This document shows positions 13,191-25,062 of a DNA stretch of 64,000 nt, piece by piece. The DNA is from Trichinella spiralis (Eukaryota), in assembly GCF_000181795.1 (NCBI RefSeq), contig NW_003526943.1, positions 1,607,647-1,671,646 on the forward strand. The letters run 5' to 3'. The position numbers and the translations under genes were made by a program. The notes beneath the pieces are model-generated. The model saw only the letters and a program-made list of their open reading frames with translations, did not search any database and was not told where the DNA came from. Numbering within the stretch: position 1 is the first letter of the stretch; every line of letters begins with the position of its first letter.

Positions 13191-14645
13191 TCACTTTTAC
13201 CCAAAGAGAATAGAATTCAATATTTCCATTGTTCACTGATTTTTATCATCTGAAATTTTATTTAAAAAATACACCTCAACAAAATTTATTATTACAAATC
13301 ATAAAAATGATATCTGAACACAGTACACGATACGTTTTCCTTTTCAACAAATCAATTAATTGCTTAATTTTACAGTAATCTACAGTTCACAATTCTCATT
13401 TGAAAAGAACATCACATATCATGCTCATGACTAAACGATCTATAATATAATAAAAACTGTGCAGATGCACACAGTTTGAACAATGTTATTCACAACAGAG
13501 ATTAATAAAAAAACAAAATGATCCAATTATCTGCATAACAATTAAATACATGTAAATTAATTTAAAATTAGAAAGTACGAAAACAGAATTCAGCTGCTGT
13601 CCACACGTTGTAAAATAAATCTTTAATAATCTTAATTCATTTTTATACAACGCTACAAACCACAAATACAAATGCACATGATCATAAAAAATTTCCATTA
13701 ACACATTTCAATTTGTTACTAAAAGTAAAATTCAACCAGAAAACTCTAATAAACACTAATAACAAAAACTGTAAAAACTTTTCCCATTAAAATAAAACAA
13801 AACTGCATCAACACAGAAAATAAAAATAAGACACGCCATTTAAAGTAGTGATACAAACACAATTAACATAATCAATATGTACCTATTAAACTAATTTAAC
13901 TACATGCTAAGAAACATATGCTTTCTTTGATGCAAATAATGCTACTAATTGCAATTTAATAATTCTTTAACATACTCATTCCAAAAAATAAGCAAAAAGC
14001 TTACTTGTTCATTGACAATTCTGAAACAAAATGGGAAAAATTAGCAATGATTTCTCCAAAGCATCATCCTAAAATAAAGGCATCAAGGACTACAGTAACA
14101 TATGACAAACAGGTATAAATGTATACTGTGCTATTCAAATAAACCAAATTGCGCACAAATAACACTTCCTACATTATATACTATACGGTAAATGACATTT
14201 GAAAATTCATAAAATTAAATAAAACTAAATAATACGTTCGGATAACATAATTTACTAAATGAAAATTTCAGGTTTAGGTGTGATACTTCGGTCCGTTCTG
14301 CTCGTCATTTTTTTCTTCCTACCTTTTATTGACTTCAGTAGATTTTTTTCACAAGTTAGTTTCAATCACTTGTAGAATATTAAAAAATTTCAAAAACCGC
14401 AGTTAACACCAGCGTGATTTATAATATCTTTATTAAGCTGAAAGATTTCATAAATAAATAACAGCAAGAAAAAGTGTGAAATAATTTCCTTGCAGATTTG
14501 TGGTTCAAGACTAAATACTCATATCTGTTATATATTCTTTTGATTCAGATGTTTAAAAAAAGCATTTCATTCTTATGTTATATGAACATATAAAAGATTA
14601 AATCGCCAGCATTCTTGACGCTGCAAATTAAATATTCGTGGAAAT

Positions 14646-16840
14646 TCAAAGTAAACCTTGACGCCTCAAATCTTCATATGTTTTCTTGTTGACAACATTT
14701 CCAAGTGAATCTTCGTATTCCTCTTCGACTTCAGCTTTGAATCGTACACTTTCTTTCTCTTCTCTGAGTTTATTCCACACTGAAATACAAGTAACAGTGT
14801 TCACCATAAAGTAATAATAACAAGTATTCTGCTTATAAATAGTAAAAGAATTATCTCACAGTCCAAAGCATCAGAAATTGAAGTAATATTGGCAAAATGA
14901 GCTGTATTGGGAATTCCAAGACAACGCATACCATGGGCATGTCGCCATTCCTAAATGAAAAAATAATTAACAACATCACCAATATAAATAAATAAACAGT
15001 ATTTACCGAAAAATGTTTCTGAAATGCTTTTGGTCCTTTGTAAACTTGATTACCACAAATTTCGCAAGGGAAGCTCAAGTTTAACCCATGCAGCTTGTAC
15101 AACCAATATGGAATAGGCTAAAAGCAAATGTCGCCATATAATTTTCTGTACAATACGATCCACTTCATAAAATGACATCAACTTACTTTTCCATCCCAAC
15201 CAAGAGGCAAATTTTTTGGATTATATGGTATATCTTCTTCTTCTTGTTCATCTGAAATGTTGCCAATTTCTTCCTCATCTTCTTCATATTCACCAAAAAC
15301 ACGAGCCTGCTTTCGTTCAACATTTTCTCTAGTCGCTTTTCTTAAATCCTTAAATGAAACACTTCGTAAAAATATTCACTTTCATCATTACAATGTAATC
15401 ATACTTCCACTTGCTGTGCAAAATATGCCAACTGCGCCTCCATTTTGGCAATTTCCTTCTGCCGATCACGTTCACGTTTCATTTGTTCAGCTGCGCTAGT
15501 CTTAGCAAACAGTGAAGAGTCAATTTCATCAGATGTTTTGCCTTTTGTAGAAAATAAGCGCTGTGCTCTTTCGTCAAGCGTGCTTAAAAATTTCACTTTA
15601 CAAAAATCACGAAACATATATACAATAAAAAACTTTCAATATTATACCCTCCGCATTTCAGTCCCAGTGCCATAAGGGCAGATTTCAGTCGATTCAAACC
15701 AACTGTTTTCAGTTCTTCAACCGTCTGGAAAGGCGTCAGATCTAAAAAGGCCCCGCTGTGGGAAAGAGCACTAACAGATTCTTTCGGCCATCCAGGAAAA
15801 GTCCCTTCTTCCCACTGATTTTCAAATTCTTGCTCAGCTTTCACTAAATCCTATAATAAAAATTCTTTTTCTTAACAACTGCATAAATGCACGCGTCATT
15901 AAACAAACTTCGGATATGTCAAGCAATGGCTTGACCCGTGCAATGACATCGACCAAATAATCCATGAGAAAACCTAAATATGCTCGATATTCTGCATTTT
16001 TCTTGCTTTTAGGAATGCTTTGAACGTCATCAAACGTATTAATATATGTTATATAGTCAACTCTCTGCAATTTAAACAACAATTTAGGAAAAAAACAAAT
16101 AAATAAAATTAAAATCACCTCTACACCCTTTAAATTGATAAATTTATCATAGCATTCGTGCAAATCTAAAAATCGTCCATAACCTTCTTCATCTGTAAAT
16201 TCAACCAAATCCGCATCATTTCTAAAAATGTTCAACAAGCTTGGTGGTAATTTGATTTTCTGTCATTATATATATACTGATATAAATCGTTCCCATTTTC
16301 CGTAAAACGTTGAAATTCAACAGATAACGGAATCACAATTTCATTAGGCGCATTACGATGAGCCTCTTTTAGCCGTCGAAAACGAGTGTAAAACTCGGCA
16401 AACTCATTGGGTCCACTAACTGCATTAATTTCAGCCTTTCGCAATCCATCTTCATCCACATAAACATCTTTCAGTCGCAGTGTTGACTCCAAATATTGCT
16501 AAATAAAATCACATAAGAATATAATTTATTTAAAAGTTTTAAGTCAAATTTATTTCACTGCTTTAAAAACAAAATATAGGCCACATAAATCACAACTAAA
16601 GAACAACTGAACTTACATCCACAAACACTTTCAAACGATGTTCTGAATTCACTCTTTCCTTGTACTAAAATAATATCACAGTTTATTTTGTTAAAATAAA
16701 AAAATATATATATATAGATAACAATAAATGACTATATTTACAGAATTTTTAGTTCTCAATGATTCGCGAACCATTGCGCAGATAATTCGCTCACGCTCTT
16801 CGTGCAAACGACGCTGAACTTCCAAAGGCGATTCAGTCAT
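14646..16840 (-). CDS. SF3A3: Splicing factor 3A subunit 3 (Prp9/SF3a60) (multi-exon span)
   Basis: [85 protein letters not shown] zinc finger, ending [10 protein letters not shown]. Confidence 0.97.
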
Positions 16841-17376
16841 TTTCTACAGTAAATTCAATAAAATTAAAAATTAAAATAATTCAAATTAAAAAAAAAACAA
16901 AAAACTAAGTGAGAGTAAATTAAATTTCGCAAATTATAAACACTCAATTCACAAGCATTTCACATAACTGCAAAAGCACCTATAACTACTGCACAATGAA
17001 ATGTGTATGTCTTCAGCTATGGAAGAATAATGATATAATTATAAAAATCAACAGTGCATAAATACGCTACATAAGTTACACAAACTTCACAATTAACCAA
17101 AATTAACACTACTCAAAACATTTAATTACAAAAACTAAAAACAAACTAAGGTATTATTGTGATCTACAGTAAACTAAAGTTAATTTTTTAATTAAGTGAA
17201 AATGATAATTGTTTTTAAAAAATGTGCTAAAAATTAATTTTAATTAATTTTCGTGTTAAAACTCAATAATATATTTTTTTTTTATTATAATTATGTTGTT
17301 AAGAATTTTTTGTTTAACCTTGTAAATCTCTTTTGTAGGTGGACTGTAAGTTTTTATTTATAAATTATTCAAACAG

Positions 17377-17946
17377 TGTCGTAGAATTCAATTTATTTCA
17401 ATATTATACAGTTGAATCAAAAAACGGGGAATGAGACAGTAACTAACGAGTGATTCAAGCATCTGCATGGATAACTTTCTTGCTTGTGTTCCCTCCTCCC
17501 TCCAGACAACAGCAAAGGAACAGTCAAGCGTTTGGATAGATAGCTAGTATATATATCGACGAATATCAAACGGAAACGCAAATATTTACATTATAATTAA
17601 CATGCAGGCTTTTTTGCAGCACTGACAGCAAGATAAGGCATTGTGCGCTTGATTTACTGCCAATATGAAGCACAGAAAAAGCGTATTTTGCGTATGTTAT
17701 TACGATTTATATTGCGCGATGTTATGTGTCAGTTATTATTACGATTTGTTACGATGTTATGTGATCAGAAATATATTTGAAAGAGCACTCAGGAACATAT
17801 TACAGTAGCACCAGCAGTCAATGCCCAGTTTGTAGGTAATGTGCGTGCGAAGTATGCGTGTGCGTTATATATATACATATTTTTCTTGTTACTCTGTTGT
17901 CATTACAAATAAACTCTCTGCACGCATTAATCACTACTCACGCACA
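17377..17946 (+). mobile_element. Candidate solo LTR (570 bp)
   Basis: Begins TGT and ends ACA, flanked by ACAG on both sides (17373-17376, 17947-17950). AATAAA at 17908-17913 near the 3' end; internal short repeats (gatgttatgtg, ttacgattt); higher complexity than the flanks. Boundaries are inferred. Confidence 0.45.
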
Positions 17947-17999
17947 ACAGTCTACTAGGATCCAAGTCTAATATAGTAACGCATGAATATGTGATACTA

Positions 18000-18117
18000 T
18001 TGATGCAAATTGTTACATACGGGAAATGACTGTTGGTTAAAAATATTGGTATTGGAAATGAACTGTCATATTCAAAAATATCTTATAGCTAGTACGACAA
18101 CGCTCAGTAATGGAAAT
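18000..18117 (+). repeat. Diverged direct repeat, copy 1 (copy 2 at 19718-19835)
   Basis: Gapless 118-bp alignment by eye, about 76% identical (ttgatgcaaattgttacatacggg...agtaatggaaat vs ttgatgcacattgtttcatgcgg...agtaatggaaat). Confidence 0.85.
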
Positions 18118-18261
18118 CATGTTCATCACAATATGAGCATTAACGTTATTCCATTCTAGAGAAAATAGCTTCACTACAGAATAAAAACTGACACTTGTTG
18201 TTAGATTCAAAACTGCTACTCCGTATTCGATGAAAATGGCTTTGCTGTGGGAAATGTTCTA

Positions 18262-18737
18262 TGTAAGAACCAAGAGTTCGCCTTTTATGCTCAGGTTCGA
18301 CTGCCTGCCAAACTCATTTGACATGCGGGAAGAGTAGTGGACTGTTCTGTTTTATTGTCCAACCGTTGATATGGTTACTCAAGAGGGCAATCGCGTTGGT
18401 TAAATACAAGTAGTTTCAAGCAAACTCAGACAAATACACGCTCGTTTATTCGGTACAAGTACAGGCTAGAGATGCGCACAACTTCGACAGCAACGAACAT
18501 TCTGGAAGTTGAACTTTACAGTTCCCAAACTTAACTTCCACTTTTAGAGAAGCTCCTAGCGTGTGTAATGATTCGTCTTACTGCTCCTGGTTTCAGGAAA
18601 ACGTTCCTGTATTTTTTCATACGGTTCATCCAGAGGAAAGATACCTTTCCTCATATTTCAACCAGGCAGAGGATCACGCGCACAGCCGTATCCCGCCAAT
18701 GTCGTTATGAACAATTTTCCTACATCAGGTTCCTTTT
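18262..18737 (-). mobile_element. Degenerate LTR-like/interspersed repeat remnant
   Basis: Left end TGTAAGAACC also heads the partial inverted copy at 19856. Minus-strand AATAAA at 18445-18450. The right end is degenerate (ggttcc) and no TSD was found. Confidence 0.35.
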
Positions 18738-19855
18738 TATTGGTGTGATTCTCAATTGGAATCGATATTGTTTTTATTTATTGTTAAAATATTTATTATT
18801 GACAATTTCTTTAATAAAATTTGTGTTATTTTTTAATTATCTAACATATTTTTTCTGCCATTTATTACAAATTAAATAGAATAATGACAATTAATGGTAA
18901 AATTACTGCATTTAATTATTTTTTGTAAATACTGCTGCATCAGTATTATTTATATTGCTTCTCAAGAAAGTCTACCTCATATCATTTATTTTATAATTAT
19001 TCAGCATTTATGGTTACTTTTGTTTTAATTTATTTATTTATGCTTATATTTTAAGCAAACTTAAATGAAAAGCTGTAGGCTGTAGGTAGTGATGCCTCTT
19101 GTAAAAACAAGAATTCGAGTATTATTAATGTTAAAATCATTTTTTAAAAATACCATTAAATAACAAAAAACAAGTAAAGAGAAAATGGCGCACATTGTCG
19201 AACATGTTCTTCAAAACCGTTGGCCAGATCAACCAAATCAGCTTCCTTTCGAATCAACCGCTGCATATAAAATATGCACCGACTGCATGCGGCAAATATC
19301 CTTTTGAAATGTTACTAACGGATTTCAATACTGCAGATTTTTTATTTCAGAAGTTTGAAATTCAGTGGACTGACTATATAGAAAAATAAGTTTTACCTTT
19401 GATGTGTATTTAATAATTTTTAAAAGTATAAAAGTTTTAAAGTTCTTTTACCTATGAGATGTTATATATCGCTAGCATTCCTGATTAGGTATTATTAGCT
19501 GAAATCCTGAGCTATTTATACCAAAAAGAATGTATTTACGTCAGAACAAGTTACAAGTAAATCCGCTTCAGCACAGTCAATTCAAAGTATAAAAGTGATG
19601 CAAATCTTTCGTCAGTTTAACTAAAAGAAAATCTATGGAGCAGTAATCGACACAAAATACGCTAAACCTATTATTATCAACGATTTCTTTTTCTATAAAT
19701 GTGTTATTTGTTTTACTTTGATGCACATTGTTTCATGCGGAAAATGGCTGTCGCTTAAAAATACTGGTATTGAGAATAAAGTGTTAAATTAAAATGTATA
19801 TCTGAGTTGGTACAACAATACCGAGTAATGGAAATGTTGAGGTCTAGTGACAAGA

Positions 19856-19928
19856 TGTAAGAACCTGATGTAAGAAAATTATTCATAACAACAATGGCGG
19901 GATAGGGCTGTGCGCGTGACCTTCTGCC
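19856..19928 (+). repeat. Partial inverted copy of 18664-18732
   Basis: aacctgatgtaagaaaattattcataacaacaatggcgggatagggctgtgcgcgtgaccttctgcct matches the reverse complement of 18664-18731 with 7 mismatches in 68 nt. Confidence 0.9.
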
Positions 19929-20346
19929 TACGTGAAATGTTGAAAATAGTATTACCGGGTAATGTAGTTGACATAGCTCTACTATGTGCTCTCATTGGGG
20001 TACTTAAATTCGTGAATTTCCCGGGACTGATTTGCCTCAAATTTTATTACTTGACGTTGCAATTATTAAAAGGGAACTGTGAAATTAAATTTCCAGGGCA
20101 TTCTTTACATGAAAGCCATTTTCAACCGAATTCAACGTAAATACTTTACGAATCTGCGACTAGACCACTTGCATTTAGCATTTGAAGTAAAGAAACAAAA
20201 CATCAATAACTTTTCATTTATTTATTAATTAAACTGTTGCTTTGTATTTACGCATCGGTTATTGATAATTAAATGTCAAAACCTGCATGGAACAGAAACA
20301 AAAATTTAAAATATTTTATTTAAATAATAATTGCATAAAGGGCAAA

Positions 20347-20840
20347 TTATTCTGGGTATATTTTCGTATCTGTTTCGGTGGGCGGTGATACCAATATAAC
20401 CCCATCTCCACGAATAAAAAGCATTGGAAAAGTACGAGTATTCTTCTAGAAAAAAAAGTGTCAGTATAAAATTTTACATGAAAATATATATTACAGTATA
20501 AACTTCTTCATAAGTTTCATCGTCTATTTCAACAATTGTTTCTATTTCTTCCACATCACCTAGCACCATGTTCAAATGCTGATCATAAGCCTAAAAACAC
20601 ATCTTGCTATATAAATATCACTTAAGAGTTGATTTGCGATTACATGCAGACGACCACGTAATTCCCGATTGCTTCTCAGCTTCACAAAGATCCGTTCATC
20701 GAGGCTAAGACGAACAAGATCCATTGGCTCCTCAACAGTAGTACTGTGTTGTTTCTGAAACGGTGCGCAGACAAACATTAAAACTTTCATCTGCATTGAA
20801 TTTAAAAAATACTTACAGACGATTTCTCATCTTCAGTCAT
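20347..20840 (-). CDS. LSM3: U6 snRNA-associated Sm-like protein LSm3 (4 exons)
   Basis: [47 protein letters not shown]...EIDDETYEE...[17 protein letters not shown]. Confidence 0.96.
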
Positions 20841-21617
20841 TTCATTAAAATTTTCAAATTGTTCTTAAAATAAAAATATAAACAGCTATCAATTTCGTAA
20901 AGAAACAAAATAACAGAAAAAGGCTACAAAAAGAATACATTTAAAAAATCATATATACGAACAGAACATTATAATTATAACCGCGAATGCAAAATCATTC
21001 TACAAACTAAACTACAACTTAAATATTACCAACCCAAACACCATCTTTAAAACTAAAGAATGCAAAAATAAAATTCTTGGTGCGTATACTGTAACTGTTA
21101 TTCAAGTTTCAATTTTTCAGTTTAAAATTAATTCATTTAATTGTTAAATAATTAGTTTATGCAACAATTAAAGCAATTAAATAATTAATAAAACGTATTA
21201 TGCATGTAAAGAAAATTTTATGTTCATATAAAAAGCTAATGTATGAATCATATTATTGGCTATTAACGCTGTCCTGAATACAAAATTGAGTGCCTTACTT
21301 TATTAATTTCACAAAAATAATTTATTAATTTAGTGTGCTTTGAAAAATGATTTCAAAGTCACAATATCACGTAAAAAGTATATTAACCAGAAAACATAAA
21401 TATTGTAAATCAGAATTACAGTATACTCATTTAAAGTTAGATGTGATAAATTAAATAGTAATGTAATCTTCATTTTAATGAAAATTATTTACACCATTAT
21501 ATATAAATATATACAATGCATTTCGGATGATACAAAATTATGTTCCTTGATTATCGTTACCTACAGGAATTGTATTTTTTACCAGCGACAAATAATTTAG
21601 CAATAATAAACGTCGTG

Positions 21618-22760
21618 ATGTACGCTAATGCAAATATTACATCTGAAATAAAATCCGAAAGAACCGATAAATTGTTACAATCTGAATCTTCTGGACGTTT
21701 TACATTTAAAGAAAAAATACTTGAAGTGATTAAAAGATATCCAAATGGTTGCCCAGACAGTGTTTTGAGATCGGAAATTTCAGCGAAGGAAGTGAAAGAC
21801 ATGGCTAATTCTATAAATGAATTGTTAGCTGAACATCGAATCGATCTTCTGAAAAGTGGAAACGAAATTTATTATAAATTCATTAGCGAAAGTGCTGTTG
21901 TGGACTCAATGATACCTTTGGATCCGTTGGAAAAGTTACTTTACCAGTTAATTGCGGACGCTAAAAATATGGGAATTTGGATTGGAGATCTGAAGACCAA
22001 ATCAAACATTCCTCACAGGCGTTTGATGAAAGTAATACGTTCTATGGAAAATCGGAAAATGATCAAAACATACCATTCTATGGCCCATTCAAGGAAAAAA
22101 GTTTGCGTGCTCTATGATTTACAGCCTCATCCTACGATAGTCGGTGGTTCCTTTTTCACTGATGAAATGTTTGATACCGAATTTTTGGCTTCAATATCTG
22201 AATACTGCCTGAAATTTTTGAAATCCAAAGCTGACAGCGCCAGCCACTTTCCAACGTTTATCAATCGAATGAATAAACGTAATGCTACTGTAGAAGAGGT
22301 TAGGAAATTTCATTTTTATCTTTCGCATTGTTGACAGTACTTTTTACTGGAGTATAAATATCATACGTAGCATCTTAATCCTGGAATTAATGTTAGAAAA
22401 TTTAAATTTATAATTATAAAAGTTCATCCAATTATTATTTTATCGTACTTGTTAAATTATTTATTAACGTAGAACGTTTTTTAGATTTGGCAGTTTCTTT
22501 GCAATTCAAAAATATTAAATGTGAACCTTAGCCAGATAGAAGTGGAACGTGTTTTGGAAAATCTGGTGCATGATTCACAAATTGAAAAGAAATTTGAAAA
22601 TGCTAGGCCAGTATATTTTTTAGCAAAGCCATTGGAAAGGAATCAGGGTATTTTGCATTCTCCATGTTTAAGCTGTGAAATAGCGCTAGACTGTGTTAAA
22701 GGTGGAACAATATCGCCTAACACTTGCCAGTATTTTTCAGATTGGCTTTTAGATGAATGA
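21618..22760 (+). CDS. POLR3F: RNA polymerase III subunit RPC6/C34 (2 exons; start inferred)
   Basis: Winged-helix segments (YQLIADAKNMGIWIGDLK, LYDLQPHPTIVGGSFFTD) and the C-terminal Fe-S cysteine motif PCLSCEIALDC...ISPNTCQYFSDWL. ATG 21618 follows an aatttag acceptor at 21600. Confidence 0.93.
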
Positions 22761-22764
22761 ATGG

Positions 22765-22777
22765 TTTATTGAATAAA
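22765..22777. terminator. Back-to-back polyadenylation signals (TTTATT-G-AATAAA) for convergent POLR3F and PIGK
   Basis: AATAAA on + at 22772-22777 and on - at 22765-22770, inside the 39-bp gap between the two stop codons. Confidence 0.65.
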
Positions 22778-22799
22778 AGCTCAAAATGTATAACTGTTT

Positions 22800-24584
22800 T
22801 CATGCTATGTCGGGTTCCAGTTTCTCTTGTAAATATGCTATGTTTCGAACAGAACCAAAAAAATCTGTTATAAGCACTTTTGATGGATCTTTATTGAATA
22901 AATCTGTGCGGACTCCAACCGTTGAAAGACATTTTGATTTCGGGCAACAAGCAAGCTAAAAATGATAGAACTATTAGAGTTAAGAAGTTTCCATGCTTAC
23001 AAACTTACAAATTCTGCCAATGTTCGGTTGCTATTTGGCCATACAGACTGTAAAAATCCTAACGCATAATATGTATATCGGTCAATCATGTACACACCGA
23101 GAGTAGAATCTAGATGATGCTGAAAGCATATTTCATAAAAATATTTTTCTACAGTTAAAATTTTATTACTAATGAATGTCACTTTAAATATAAAATATCG
23201 CTCTGCTATTATTTCCATAAGTATTTAAAACACACTATAACTTATTATTATAAAAAATAATTACCGACAACGAGTCTTCTCCAATCATGCTACTTCCAAG
23301 TGCTATAACATTAGGACTATAAATTTTTTGATACATCGATGCAGCCTGACAAGTGTCAACGATAAGCATCAATTCATGGTATCTGAAAGAGACTGTAAAA
23401 TTCACAATAAAAATGATCATTTCTTGTACATGCCTGTTTTTTTGCCACATTTGTTCAATTGCATCCGCTAAATCAATATTAGTAACTTCTTCGGCGTCTT
23501 GAAATTTTAAGAACCCGTCTCCTCCATGACCTATAAGCTAATATTCCATTAATTTTTATATAAAAAAATAAATGCAATTTTTGTTTGGAAAAACGGCTTT
23601 GATAACTGTAACGTGATCTTCAATTACTGATTCACAACGTATCATTAAAAACAACTAAATTTATTTTGGTTTTATTTTATCAGTGTAATCCGTGATAATT
23701 TACAAAATTATGTACCTGTCATGTAAATAAGTACGTTGCTTTGATAATCCGATAGAAGTCGTTTTGAACGTGAAGTTGCTGTTGGAACACGACCAATTAA
23801 TATTCGTATAAAGTTTTCTACAGTAACTTCGTAACCTCTATAATCGACTTCCACATCTTCGCCATACAAATTAATAGGATGAAAAGCACTATTATATAAT
23901 GCACCTAAAAAATAACATGGTACAATATGGAATGATTTGTTGTACAACAAATTCATTTCATTTGAAATTCAAAATTTCCAAATCTTGTGCTAAAAAAATT
24001 TACCTGGCTTCGGATTCCGGGGATTGCAAGGCATATCATCAGCCAGCATCATAATAATCTGACTAAATTTAAAAGAAAATTTTCTATTTACAATTTCCAT
24101 AATAAGTCAACAATATAACATGTGAAAAAAATTTTAAAGTTTTGTATGTCAGACTTATATTAAATAAATATTTTCTGGTAATTTTAAAAACAAAAGAAGT
24201 TATAAATAATTATAAAGGGCAAGAATTCTAATAAACATCAAAGTTGATGCGTTACCTGTCAGGAATACCCAGCTTCTTCACACTATGATACATAGAAAGT
24301 ACATTTGCTATGTGACGATAATTGAACCAGAATCGTGAAGTACACACAAAAACAGCCCAGTTATTAGTATGGCCGGCGGCATAAAAAAAACCATTAAGTT
24401 TTTCCTGAAATTATATAAATCACAGCCATACTCACATAAATACTAAAAAAGTAAATACATTTAAAATTATTTAAATTTTTTCAATTCATTATTCATTCAA
24501 AAGAAAACTTACATCATGTAAAGCATCCACCGCAATGAAAATAATCCAAATCCATGACAGGTGGGAAATTAAATTCAGCGCCAT
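22800..24584 (-). CDS. PIGK: GPI-anchor transamidase catalytic subunit Gpi8 (multi-exon span)
   Basis: Signal peptide, HTNNWAVFVCTSRFWFNYRHIAN, EVDYRGYEVTVENF, YMTGHGGDGFLKFQD (catalytic His), DTCQA (catalytic Cys), TDFFGSVRN, ending EPDIA*. Confidence 0.96.
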
Positions 24585-24790
24585 ATCACACTTAAAATAC
24601 TTCAGCTGTGATTGTTAAATATTCTTTTTTAACAACACATTTTGTATTGATTTAAACTTCAGTGTTATAAATAAAACCAAATTATCTCATAGCAAGATAA
24701 AATGGCTGAAAGAAATCATTTTCTTATTATAATACAGTAATTAGTAAAATTCAAGCTTATTGAAATTGTACTTTTGAATTTCAATGTTAT

Positions 24791-25062
24791 TGTTAAAGCG
24801 AAATCACAATTTCGCCCTCGAGCTTAGTGGACTGTATAATTGGTTTTCGTCGCAATAACAGTCAATCAAACCAAACGGAGTGTTGACACAGTTTATTAAG
24901 ACAGCTAACTAACAAGCCAAGACAATACAACAGGAAAAGACGCAATATCACACAACACACACAGCCACACACACACGCACTTGACGTCACTACTACGCCT
25001 ACTGTAGTCCTTCCTGATTCGCAGGTTCCCACTACCGAAACCTGGCTGTTACGTCCGTAACA
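24791..25062 (-). repeat. 3' LTR
   Basis: Identical by eye to 28698-28969. Minus-strand AATAAA at 24892-24897; CRE palindrome TGACGTCA at 24982-24989. Confidence 0.97.

Noticed and set aside
18000..18117. FLYWCH/MULE-like reading (CYIREMTVG*KYWY) of the direct repeat
   Set aside because: Both copies carry stops in that frame and the C/H ligands are not evident; the resemblance is too weak.
19296..19304. ATATCCTTT, a U12-type AT-AC donor consensus
   Set aside because: Not in a supported gene, no U12 branch site downstream, and a match or two is expected by chance at this AT content.
19185..19390. Short ORF MAHIVEHVLQNRWPDQ... in good ATG context
   Set aside because: About 40 codons, no known motif, no convincing exon chain, and located in a repeat-rich interval.
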